Below are positions 9,823 through 18,755 of a stretch of 64,000 bases of DNA, in pieces; the first letter of the stretch is position 1; each line of letters starts with the position of its first letter. Both the position numbers and the translations under genes were made by a program. The stretch spans positions 32,001 to 96,000 of the forward strand of contig JBBSWH010000011.1 in assembly GCA_038046385.1 (NCBI GenBank), written 5' to 3'. Source of the DNA: Nanobdellota archaeon (lineage in GTDB: Archaea; Nanobdellota; Nanobdellia; Woesearchaeales; GW2011-AR4). Under the pieces are notes generated by a model. The model saw nothing but the letters and a program-made list of their open reading frames with translations. It made no database searches and was not told the DNA's origin.

Positions 9823-10506
9823 TTATTTTCCAAACCTTCTTTCCCTTTCATTATACCCTTTTAGGATATTAACTAAATCTTGCTTAGTAAACTCCGGCCA
9901 CAGCTTCTTTACAAAGAACCATTCTGAATAAGCGCTCTGCCACATGAGGAAGTTGCTAGTTCTTACTTCCCCTCCCGGCCTTATTACTATCTCCGGTTCA
10001 CTAGTTAAGTAAAGGTTCTTCGTTATTGCGCTTTCGTCAATCTTTGATTTTTTGCTCTTTAATGCTCTGTTGACAGCGTCCATTATCTCCTGCCTGCCCC
10101 CATATGCCAATGCAAAGTTAACAATCAGTTTTTTGTTGTTTTTTGTCTTTTTCATCGCGTCCTTCATTGCATTCTGCATCTTATTTGGGAACATCTGCAT
10201 TCTTCCGATAACATTTACTTTAACTTTATCCTTAAACATGCCTTTGCCTTCCTGAACTTCTTTGAACTTTTTCCAGAAAAGATTGAATAAATATTCAACT
10301 TCCTTTTTGTTTCTGCTGAAATTTTCTGTGGAGAAACAGTATAATGTAAGTTCCTGAATTCCAAGATTCATGCACCAATTGAAAAGTTGTTCCAGCTTTC
10401 CTAATCCGACTTCATGGCCTTTCCATGGCTGCATTCCAAGTCTTCTTGCATAACGGCGATTTCCATCAAGTATGATTGCAACGTGCTTTGGAGCTTTAGA
10501 AACCAT
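9823..10506 (-). CDS. uppS: cis-prenyltransferase (undecaprenyl diphosphate synthase)
   Basis: HVAIILDGNRRYA, FSTENF, RTSNFL, RRFG. Confidence 0.95.
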   Translation of the reverse strand: MVSKAPKHVAIILDGNRRYARRLGMQPWKGHEVGLGKLEQLFNWCMNLGIQELTLYCFSTENFSRNKKEVEYLFNLFWKKFKEVQEGKGMFKDKVKVNVIGRMQMFPNKMQNAMKDAMKKTKNNKKLIVNFALAYGGRQEIMDAVNRALKSKKSKIDESAITKNLYLTSEPEIVIRPGGEVRTSNFLMWQSAYSEWFFVKKLWPEFTKQDLVNILKGYNERERRFGK

Positions 10507-10601
10507 AAAAGAAGTAACTTTTAGAGCTTTATATAGGTTTTGAAAGCCTCAGCTTTCAAATACCTCAGAAAATATTTGATTTTCGCTAGGTTTTGACTAT
10601 A

Positions 10602-10853
10602 TCAATTCCGGTCCAGCCTTACCCTGAAAAAGAACATCAGACCGGCTGTTATAGATACTATAAACAGTACAAAAGAAGATGCCTGAATGTAATCTAATGT
10701 TCCCATGATTGTGTCTGGCTGCTTAACAACATTAGCCGTTATATCACTTGGGGGGCTAACTAGCCATATTCCGCCTATTAAAAATAATACGCTCATTGCA
10801 ACCAAAATCATTCCAATTTGTTTTGTCATTTTATGCCTTAGTAATCTTGTCAA
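10602..10853 (-). CDS. Small two-TM membrane protein
   Basis: Two hydrophobic helices; true start probably MTKQIG. Confidence 0.6.
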   Translation of the reverse strand: MTRLLRHKMTKQIGMILVAMSVLFLIGGIWLVSPPSDITANVVKQPDTIMGTLDYIQASSFVLFIVSITAGLMFFFRVRLDRN

Positions 10854-11319
10854 ACAATCCTACGAAAATTTCCTGCGGCACTTTGATGCCGGCTTCAACA
10901 AACGCCCTTGCAAGCCTGTAGCCATCGGTCTCTTCATTTTCAGGCTTAAAATCAAGCAAATTGCGCAATGTAAGCGTGCACATGTACCCCTCATTTACCA
11001 ATATGGCAGCATCCTTATTATTTTTTTGTATTTTAGACGTTTCATTTTTGACAAGAAACTCTTTGTCTATTCCAAACCTAAAAAATTCCCATTCAATAAG
11101 ATCGTGCATTATTTTGCTTTGTTCATTGCTGTCAACATATGAAGAAGAATCATTAATCTTAAAATGTTCCAAAAAATTAACATCATTTTTCATGGAAAAC
11201 CTATGGGCTCTTCCGATATACCCTTTGACTTTTTGTCTGCTGCTTTTCTTCTTCCATTCATTCTCAACTAGGTATACATACTCGTTTCCCTTAATCTTCT
11301 TAATTCTGAAAAATGCCAT
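10831..11319 (-). CDS. Hypothetical protein
   Basis: Clean ORF; basic N-terminus recalls IS1634-type N-termini but no DDE domain follows. Confidence 0.65.
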   Translation of the reverse strand: MAFFRIKKIKGNEYVYLVENEWKKKSSRQKVKGYIGRAHRFSMKNDVNFLEHFKINDSSSYVDSNEQSKIMHDLIEWEFFRFGIDKEFLVKNETSKIQKNNKDAAILVNEGYMCTLTLRNLLDFKPENEETDGYRLARAFVEAGIKVPQEIFVGLFDKITKA

Positions 11320-11378
11320 ATACTTAGTTAGGCACTATGAATTTATAAGGTTTTTGGTATAGAAAATAAATTATTTTC

Positions 11379-11445
11379 ATATGTCAGAAATATATTTTCA
11401 TATATATTTCTGAGCATGCTCAAAAATCTTTGATTTTTGACATAT
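11379..11445. repeat. Back-to-back hairpin element (family C)
   Basis: ATATGTCAGAAATATAT..ATATATTTCTGAGCAT overlapping ATGCTCAAAAATC-TTT-GATTTTTGACATAT. Confidence 0.6.
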
Positions 11446-11479
11446 AAACTATGTAATTAAACGAACTTTAAATCTAGAA

Positions 11480-11758
11480 CTACTTAATTTCTTTTGCAAA
11501 CTCTTTCTTGAACTTCTCGTTTACCTTATGGAGCCTCTGAACAGCGTTAATCAAAGCGTTCTTTGGTGTCACATCCCCGTCTGTTTCAACTATCATCTGA
11601 GGAAAGCTTATCTGAGGATGCCTTATGCTGTAAGTTGCAATCTTTACATGCTTATCATTTAGTAATTCTGATTTAAGCGCATTGCACAATGTGTGGCCAG
11701 ATCCATTTATCTCAATTATGAGCTTGTTCTTTTTGTCGTCGAGAATTTTTATTTCCAT
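11480..11758 (-). CDS. rpoL: RNA polymerase subunit L (Rpo11)
   Basis: GHTLCNALKSEL...ATYSIRHP; start re-assigned to MEIKIL. Confidence 0.92.
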   Translation of the reverse strand: MEIKILDDKKNKLIIEINGSGHTLCNALKSELLNDKHVKIATYSIRHPQISFPQMIVETDGDVTPKNALINAVQRLHKVNEKFKKEFAKEIK

Positions 11759-11847
11759 TTTGTTGATAATAAGGAAAAGAACATCATTTAAAAACCTTTT
11801 GCTGGCATAATGGAAATACAAAATCCATACTTTTTCGTCGACAAAAT

Positions 11848-12492
11848 TCACCTGTTTTTCTCAAACCTAAAGCAGCTTACATCAATTCTGTGGATTTGTC
11901 GACGGTGAAACTTCATTGTAGCCTTCAAAGGGAGCTTAAAATCCCAAATATGGGTTATTTTGGCGTTTTTCTTGGCCGAAAACCCTTCCAGAAAGGCTTT
12001 GCTCTCACTTTTGTGCAAGGAGTATACAATAGGCGCTATTTCCAGCGCTTTTTCAAGGAAAACAGCATCGTTATGCTTTATCTTTGTCCCAAAAGGCGGG
12101 TTCTGTATAACCACCTCTGCCTTTAGATTTACCTCGGTTATATCCTGGCAGATGAATTTCCCCATCTTCTCTACCGAACTCTCACTTCTCACCTTTGAAA
12201 AGCTCATTTTTGCAGTTTCCAGAGCCTTTTTGTCCATATCTACAAAGTATACCTTACCTGCGCCCAATAGTGTGGCTCCAATGCCCAAGATACCCGTCCC
12301 ACATCCAAGATCAGCTATCACTTTTCCTTCTATATCTCCTAACATATAGGCGTTCCACAGCATATGACCGGCTACTTCGCTGTCTGTAGCATACTGCTCA
12401 TGCCTCACATCTGGCTCAGCAAACCCCTTAAGGCGTGATAAAGCCACTGCAAGCTGCGATTTTGATCCTATCTGTCTCATTTTAACTCTCAC
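11848..12492 (-). CDS. METTL5-family SAM-dependent methyltransferase
   Basis: EQYAT, DLGCGTGILG, NPPFG. Confidence 0.92.
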   Translation of the reverse strand: MRVKMRQIGSKSQLAVALSRLKGFAEPDVRHEQYATDSEVAGHMLWNAYMLGDIEGKVIADLGCGTGILGIGATLLGAGKVYFVDMDKKALETAKMSFSKVRSESSVEKMGKFICQDITEVNLKAEVVIQNPPFGTKIKHNDAVFLEKALEIAPIVYSLHKSESKAFLEGFSAKKNAKITHIWDFKLPLKATMKFHRRQIHRIDVSCFRFEKNR

Positions 12493-12814
12493 TTATTACG
12501 AGTAAACTACTATTATATCATTATCTTCTATAGTGAAAATAAATATATTCATACTCACTATATACTTCCTTATTGATTGTTTATCCCTCTTTTTGCCCCC
12601 ACTTCTTATGAGCAAAACTCAGTTATTTAGGTCTGCTTATTATACTTGCTTTTTGGAAGGCAAAAATCACAAATAAACTGCCAATTTTAGACCCTTAAAT
12701 CTCTTATATTTCAGCCAAAATTTTTGCATATTTCTTTGATTTTTACACAAAAAAATTAAACTAATTTTCCTGATTTTTTATTAAAATCACTTCAACTATA
12801 AATATTTTTCCCAG

Positions 12815-12929
12815 TCCCAGCGTAGTCTTATCATATTCCCAAGACTATCCCAATATAGTCCTAAAATATATATCTTGACGACGAAAAACATTCCCATATT
12901 AGTCCTATTATAATCCCAATAAAATCCCA
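12815..12929 (+). repeat. 11-bp-phased TCCYA array
   Basis: TCCCA/TCCTA/TCTTA at 12815, 12826, 12837, 12848, 12859, 12892, 12903, 12914, 12925. Confidence 0.75.
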
Positions 12930-12973
12930 CGGAATCAAAAAATTTAAATAGATTGGGACTAAATTGGTAAAAT

Positions 12974-13630
12974 ATGTTCTGGAAAAAAGACAATTCAACA
13001 GAAAGAAAGCTTGCGCAGATGAATGAAGTTTTGAAAAAATCTTTTTCAAATGTTAAAAATGACACCCAGAATATATTCCAGTGGCTTAACTATTTTCACA
13101 GAAAAAGCATGGAGCAGGAGCAGCTCATAAAGCAGCTAAAAACAGAGCTTTCCTACATGCCAAAGACAAGGGAAGACATAAGGCGCATTGTAGACGATTA
13201 TTACTCTTTTGAGAGCATAATGGCCAAGATACGTGATTTAAGCTACAAAGTAGATCAGCTTGCTATGGTCAGAAGTGAGCAAAGGCCAATAGTTCAGCAG
13301 CATTCAGATGAATGGAAAAGTTACGTTAATGAACTCCAAAAAAGGCTTGAAAATCTTGAACATAGGAAATCGTCAATAAGGGAAAAAATAGTCAAAAAAA
13401 TCACTCGCAATTCAAAAGAGTATGTTAAAAGCATGATGCTTTCTTACATAAGAAAATATGAAAGAATTTCCGCATTGCAGCTTAAGGATATAGTGGTTGA
13501 CGAGCAGAATTTCTGCTCCAAAAGCTCGTTTTACAGGCTCCTCGAAGAGCTCGAAGAGCTGGAAGAAATAGGGGTTATCAAGGAAGGCAAGGAGAAGCAT
13601 TACGTATCAAAAGCCATTAAAAGAGTATAA
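12974..13630 (+). CDS. Coiled-coil plus C-terminal winged-helix protein
   Basis: Heptad-rich N-half; CSKSSFYRLLEEL...IGVIKEG HTH and wing. Confidence 0.75.
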   Translation: MFWKKDNSTERKLAQMNEVLKKSFSNVKNDTQNIFQWLNYFHRKSMEQEQLIKQLKTELSYMPKTREDIRRIVDDYYSFESIMAKIRDLSYKVDQLAMVRSEQRPIVQQHSDEWKSYVNELQKRLENLEHRKSSIREKIVKKITRNSKEYVKSMMLSYIRKYERISALQLKDIVVDEQNFCSKSSFYRLLEELEELEEIGVIKEGKEKHYVSKAIKRV

Positions 13631-13672
13631 AAAGAAACCTTTTTAAACCCACTAAGTTTTGCAAAGCTTGGG

Positions 13673-14215
13673 GTGAGTAAGATTATTGGAAAAATCTTTC
13701 TTAGAAACATCAGTGCAAAACTTAGTAGGACAACAAGCAACCTGAAGTCGGAATTTTCCGATATAAGGGGCGAATTTGATGAGCATTTGCAGGCTATAAA
13801 CGAGAACACCAACGAAATATCTGCAAACTATGAGCATATATGTGAAATTGAGGAAAAGCTTGACAGATTAAGCGCAAGAGTCGAACAGATTCAGATGTAT
13901 TTTGAATCAGGAGACGCTCCAAGAAACTCTAATTTTGAGGTAAAACAGCTTAATCGAAGAGAGCAGGAAGTGTTTCTTGTGATGTACACTCTAGAAGAAG
14001 AGCACGGCAATGTTACCTATGAAAACATAGCAAGCAGGCTTGGTATTTCAATAGAACTTGCGGGCTCTTATGTGACTGCTTTGATAGAGAAAGGCGTTCC
14101 AATAATAAAGCGCTACATCAACTCAAAGCCGTATTTGAAGCTTGATCCGGATTTCAAAACACTGCAGACAAAAGAAAATATTTTGCAGGTAAGTTTGGAA
14201 GAATTTGGATTCTAA
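13673..14215 (+). CDS. Coiled-coil plus C-terminal winged-helix protein
   Basis: LNRREQEVFL...VTYENIASRLGIS...YVTALIEKGVPI. Confidence 0.75.
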   Translation: MSKIIGKIFLRNISAKLSRTTSNLKSEFSDIRGEFDEHLQAINENTNEISANYEHICEIEEKLDRLSARVEQIQMYFESGDAPRNSNFEVKQLNRREQEVFLVMYTLEEEHGNVTYENIASRLGISIELAGSYVTALIEKGVPIIKRYINSKPYLKLDPDFKTLQTKENILQVSLEEFGF

Positions 14216-14276
14216 CTTTTATTTTTTTATTTGGTTTTTGAATTAAATATTTTTAGATTTGATTAAAAGTTTTTAG

Positions 14277-15092
14277 CTACAACCTATCTAAAGGACTTTT
14301 TACCTTCTTTAGCTGTTCTGTTGAAACCTTTGTGTAAATCTGCGTTGTTGAAAGATCAGCATGGCCAAGAAGCTCCTGGATGATTCTAATATCTGTTCCA
14401 TTTTCAAGAAGATGGGTTGCAAAGCTGCTCCTCAGCGCATGGCAGAAAACGCGCTTCTTTATGCCTGCTTTTTTTGCAGTTTCCTTCACGATTTTCTGCG
14501 CTTGCCTTGCGGTTATTGGTCTGTTGTTGACGGAAAAAATATAGCTGCTTTGATCCTTTTTCATTGGCATGTACACCTTTAAATGCCCTATCAAGCTGTC
14601 AGAAAGGATGATATGGCGTTCTTTATTGCCCTTGCCGTGCCTGACGCGGCCCATCTTCTCATCGAGGTCTAAATCGTCAATTTTGAGGCTTACACACTCG
14701 CTTACACGCAATCCTGAAGAATAAAGGAACTCTATGAGCAGCCTGTGCTTTGGATTTGTAGCAGCATCAATCAGCTTTCTCATCTCGTCTCTTGTGAGTA
14801 CTGTTGGCAGTTTTTTCTCTGCTTTTGGGCTTTTAACTGCGTTAAATGCCTTATTTTGAAAGATCTCGTTAAGATAGAACTTTACTGAACTTAAGGCGAG
14901 ATTTGCGCTCCTGGGGCTGTATTTTCGGTCAGAAAGCAGGTAAGCGAGGTATTTTTTGGCATCAAATTCGTTCACAGAAGAAGGTTCTTTACCTATGAAA
15001 TTAATGAAATTTTTGTTGTGATAAAGGTAAGAGCTAACTGTTTTGTTGCTGAATCCCCTTATTTTGAGCTCTGTTTCAAGCCTGTCAAGCAT
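14277..15092 (-). CDS. xerA: Tyrosine recombinase XerA/XerD-like
   Basis: SGLRVSE, GKG.KER, HALRSSFATHLL, LLGH, TTQIY catalytic residues. Confidence 0.92.
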   Translation of the reverse strand: MLDRLETELKIRGFSNKTVSSYLYHNKNFINFIGKEPSSVNEFDAKKYLAYLLSDRKYSPRSANLALSSVKFYLNEIFQNKAFNAVKSPKAEKKLPTVLTRDEMRKLIDAATNPKHRLLIEFLYSSGLRVSECVSLKIDDLDLDEKMGRVRHGKGNKERHIILSDSLIGHLKVYMPMKKDQSSYIFSVNNRPITARQAQKIVKETAKKAGIKKRVFCHALRSSFATHLLENGTDIRIIQELLGHADLSTTQIYTKVSTEQLKKVKSPLDRL

Positions 15093-15133
15093 TTTATCAC
15101 CAGTTTTTTGGAATTAAAATGTATACTAGTATA

Positions 15134-15169
15134 TAAAACTTCGCTTAATGTGTATTATACGAAGTTTTA
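15134..15169. other. dif-like Xer recombination site
   Basis: ACTTCGCTTAA-TGTGTA-TTATACGAAGT (11-6-11) within a TAAAACTTCG/CGAAGTTTTA palindrome, about 40 bp upstream of xerA. Confidence 0.8.
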
Positions 15170-15329
15170 CATTTCAAAAACATCAAAAAATAATTCAAAT
15201 TCAATTTTGTCGTCTATAAAACAAAAACTTTGCCATGTTTTAATCATTTAGGCCGGGCTATTTGGAACAAATTTAACGGGATTTTAGAAACAAATTTTTA
15301 ATATTTTAGAAAAAACAAAAAATCAAGAT

Positions 15330-15482
15330 TTATCTGTGGTATTTTTCATTGATGCTGATTGCACGCATGTCTTCAGCGCCGCACTCGTTGCATCTGTAAA
15401 GATCATACTTGGAATTTCCGCTCTGTATCATGCCCTTCTTGAGCATTTTTTCATCGCATTTTTTGCATACTGGTTCTGCCAT
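15330..15482 (-). CDS. 50-aa zinc-ribbon protein (below ORF-track cutoff)
   Basis: Hand translation MAEPVCKKCDEKMLKKGMIQSGNSKYDLYRCNECGAEDMRAISINEKYHR; two CxxC. Confidence 0.75.
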   Translation of the reverse strand: MAEPVCKKCDEKMLKKGMIQSGNSKYDLYRCNECGAEDMRAISINEKYHR

Positions 15483-15495
15483 TGTTCTTTTTCGC

Positions 15496-15954
15496 TCATG
15501 GCTTATTTATATATTTATTGTTTGGGACTAGTTTGTCGCCGACATCAATTCTGTTTTTGAATGCGAAGCCAGCGTTTGCCTCTATAACAAATTTTACCGG
15601 TTTTGAAGATTCATATACTTGGCATGGGTCTTTTTCACACGGAACTGCTGTTTTTACACTGACAATTTCCAAATTTTTATTTATGAAAATCATGTCCAAT
15701 GGGATTAGCGTATTTTTCATCCAGAATGAAACTTGTTTTTCATCATCAAAAATGAAAAGCATGCCTTCATTTTCTTCAAGCTTTTCCCTGAACATCAGCC
15801 CATTATCTCTTTCATTTTCATCGTCTGCAATATCAACATTTAGTCCAATCCATTCTTTTCCGTTGTCAATGAAAATATTTTCAGAATTTTCATCATAAAT
15901 TTTACTGCATCCAACTAAAAAAATCAGCAGAAAAAATAAAATTATTTTGCGCAT
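15496..15954 (-). CDS. DUF192 family lipoprotein
   Basis: GLMFR...GMLF...FWMKNTLIPLDMIF. Confidence 0.9.
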   Translation of the reverse strand: MRKIILFFLLIFLVGCSKIYDENSENIFIDNGKEWIGLNVDIADDENERDNGLMFREKLEENEGMLFIFDDEKQVSFWMKNTLIPLDMIFINKNLEIVSVKTAVPCEKDPCQVYESSKPVKFVIEANAGFAFKNRIDVGDKLVPNNKYINKP

Positions 15955-16947
15955 TTTTGATTAAAAATTTCGCAAGAATTTAATCTTTTTGATTAGGTTT
16001 TGCAATTATCAATAACTATATTATTTAATCTATTATTATATCAATTAAGCGTATTAATCTAATATATTAAATAGATTATTAAATATGTTTTGTTATATCT
16101 CTATTATGATATAGCTAAATTAAAGATTGTTTTAAATAATATATTTGACTCATAAACATAATTTCGATATAGAAAATAAATGTTTAGGAGTGATGTTGAC
16201 TCATAGAAAGTGAGACATAGAAGTGCAACAATGAGTGTAGTCCAAGGCAGTTTTTACACAGGTTTTCACAAAAAAGAATGATTTACGAGTGTTTACTAGA
16301 TAGGTAAAGCTAGGAATAAAATGGATTGGATCTAATCATGGTTGGTTAAGGTACATTGGAGAGCATATTGGAAGGTGGACTAATAAGTTTTTGGGCTTGG
16401 TGAGGCAGGTGGGTGGTCGGCCCTTAGGATGGATTTCCAGGTAAGGGGTGTCAAACTAAGGAGGTAGCCAAATCGGTCAGCCATTAAAATTTAGACATTC
16501 TTAACTTGCGCTCGAAGGCACCCTATAGCAGCAAAATAGGCATACTGGCAAAAATTGACTAACAAACTGCAGTTTGTATGGTGTTTAACAGCTGTAAAGT
16601 GAGTGTTAAAGATTAAGTTAGGCACTAGGTTAATGGCATGTTTTTAGGTGCTATACAGCGTATAACACTAGTTTAGGGGGATTATAGCCACTATAGGCCT
16701 ATTTTGACAGTGTCGTGGTTTTAGACCAACCGCACAATAGCCTAAAAACTACTCGTAAAACCTATTTCGAATGAATGGATTGTCATTTACCTATGCGTAC
16801 TCTATATATTGACAAGCCAATCCTAATAAGTGAGAGTTAGAAGTGTTTTTGGTGAGTGATGGGCAAATTATTGACAAATCGCATAAATCTGCGTATACTC
16901 TATTTAAAAAGGAAAAAATAAAAAAGAAGTATTTTCTCGTCGACAAA

Positions 16948-17658
16948 CTATCCGAAGTAGTTTAACTTCTTGTTATCTACAGTTTCTTGCGCTTCCTTGC
17001 TCTTCTGCAGTATTGTCTTCAGCTTCTCTTCAAACTTCTTTGCCTGCTCAAGAAGAGGCTGATAATCAAGATCTATCCCTATATACTTATCCAGCGTTTC
17101 AATAAGCTTTGCAGCAGCCTTGCTGTCCGGTATATTCAGATGGGTTTCTGCAAACAAGCAGCTTAATGGTATTTTTTCAACTCTTAAAAGCACAGCTCCC
17201 GTAACTCCCATTATTATTCCTTCTTTTAGCGCTTCCACTCCTGCTTTCTCAAACAGCTTCGAGTTCTTCTCGTTATTTGAATAGTAAAACACCCTTGATG
17301 TTTCCGTCGGCTCATTCGTTCCAACGCCTTCTAAAGAGATTATTTCTTTTGCGTTGATATCGGAAGCTAACTTCTTGATTGCTTCTGCCATCTGCCATTC
17401 ATAGTGCGTTGCAGCAGTTATTGCATGTACAATCACAATGTTGTATTTTTCATTGTAATATATTGCCAATGGCTCAACAAGCTTTTTTTCGTGTATAGCG
17501 ACGACAGCCGGCATCTCGTCAAATGACATTTTACCGATTTGCTCTGTTTTTAAATGCTCAATAAGAAATTCCGATGCAATCGTTCCAACCAATCCATACC
17601 CAGGGAATCCCTGTATAATAGTGCAGTTCTTTGGCTTTTTCCATAATTTGTATTCCAT
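16948..17658 (-). CDS. PAC2-family proteasome assembly chaperone
   Basis: GFPGYGLVGTIA and PDSKAA motifs. Confidence 0.9.
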   Translation of the reverse strand: MEYKLWKKPKNCTIIQGFPGYGLVGTIASEFLIEHLKTEQIGKMSFDEMPAVVAIHEKKLVEPLAIYYNEKYNIVIVHAITAATHYEWQMAEAIKKLASDINAKEIISLEGVGTNEPTETSRVFYYSNNEKNSKLFEKAGVEALKEGIIMGVTGAVLLRVEKIPLSCLFAETHLNIPDSKAAAKLIETLDKYIGIDLDYQPLLEQAKKFEEKLKTILQKSKEAQETVDNKKLNYFG

Positions 17659-17762
17659 TTTATCAACCTCTTTTTTTAACCGTAGATAACTTTGAATGAT
17701 TTATTGAGTTTATATATTTGATTCAAAGTTCTCTTAGAGAATTTTGACAAATTGATGATTTT

Positions 17763-18545
17763 TCAAAATTCTCCGTAAATTATCGTCCCTATCGCTTCAT
17801 TATTTAGCACATTGATTAGTACATTGTTTGCTCTTCCGTTTGCTATAACTACAATTACGCCCTCTCTTGTCGCTTTCTTCGCGGCCTCTATCTTCGCCTT
17901 CATTCCCCCAATTCCAAGGCTTGCTGATTTTCCGGCCATGCTCTCTATTCTTTTGTCTATATTTTTAACTTCTTTTATCAGCAAAGCGTTCTTATCGGCT
18001 GGATTTTTGTTGTAAAGTCCGTCTACATTTGTCAGGGCAATAAGCAAATCGGCTTTTATCTTTGTGGCTATCAAAGCAGAAAGATTGTCATTGTCTCCAA
18101 AAGAAGGGCCTATCTCGTTAATTGAAATAGGGTCATTTTCATTTATTATCGGAATTACTCCGAGTTCAAGCAGCTTTTCCATGCTGTTTCTAAGATTTTT
18201 GTATGTTTCTTTGTCTGCAATGTCGTCATACTTCAAAAGTATCTGGGCTATTTTGATATTATGTTTATCAAACAGTGACTTGTAAGTGGACATGAGTATG
18301 TTTTGTCCGACTGCAGCGCAAACCTGCTTCATTATGACATCTTTTGGCCTTTCTTTTAGCTTAAGTTCCTGCATTCCTGCGCCTATTGCGCCGCTTGTGA
18401 CAATTATAATTTCTCTTTTTTGTTTTATTTTTGCAATCTGCGAAACGAGATTCCCAATTAGCTTTAAATCTAGCATTCCTTTGTCGTCTGTCAAAGTGTT
18501 TGTTCCAATCTTGATTACAATCCTTTTTGCTTTTAAGTTTCTCAT
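17763..18545 (-). CDS. proB: Glutamate 5-kinase (no PUA domain)
   Basis: VIKIGT, TSGAI, NEND, FGDNDNLSA, GGM.AK. Confidence 0.95.
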   Translation of the reverse strand: MRNLKAKRIVIKIGTNTLTDDKGMLDLKLIGNLVSQIAKIKQKREIIIVTSGAIGAGMQELKLKERPKDVIMKQVCAAVGQNILMSTYKSLFDKHNIKIAQILLKYDDIADKETYKNLRNSMEKLLELGVIPIINENDPISINEIGPSFGDNDNLSALIATKIKADLLIALTNVDGLYNKNPADKNALLIKEVKNIDKRIESMAGKSASLGIGGMKAKIEAAKKATREGVIVVIANGRANNVLINVLNNEAIGTIIYGEF

Positions 18546-18629
18546 TGTTGTTTTATTATTTTAATTTGTTTTTATTTTATTAAGTTTAGTTAATGAGTTA
18601 TTTTTAATGTTTTTTAGTTATTGTTTTTC

Positions 18630-18748
18630 GTTAATGAGTTTTTTATTGTTTTTATTCGTTATTGAGTTCGTTTTATTGAACCATTTTTCCGTCCTTCGGA
18701 CAAAATCTTGTGCTCGCTGGCACCATAACCAGCTCGCCTATTTATTGT
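18630..18748. repeat. Hairpin element with tandem GA motifs (family B)
   Basis: Shares TTAATGAGTTTT, TTATTGAA, CCGT..ACAAAAT, GTGCTCG..CTCGCC and TATTGT with 47962-48070. Confidence 0.7.
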
Positions 18749-18755
18749 AACCTTA

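Noticed and set aside
10831-11319. IS1634-family transposase
   Set aside because: Only the short N-terminus is reminiscent; no DDE domain or terminal inverted repeats.
12815-12929. CRISPR array
   Set aside because: Five-bp units with an 11-bp period; no repeat-spacer architecture or cas genes.
14277-15092. Integron integrase or provirus integrase
   Set aside because: Lacks the IntI-specific insertion, has no adjacent cassette array or viral genes, and fits XerA with a dif site.
16433-16449. ORB element (TTTCCAGGTAAGGGG)
   Set aside because: A single weak match with no cdc6/orc1 nearby; not enough to call an origin.
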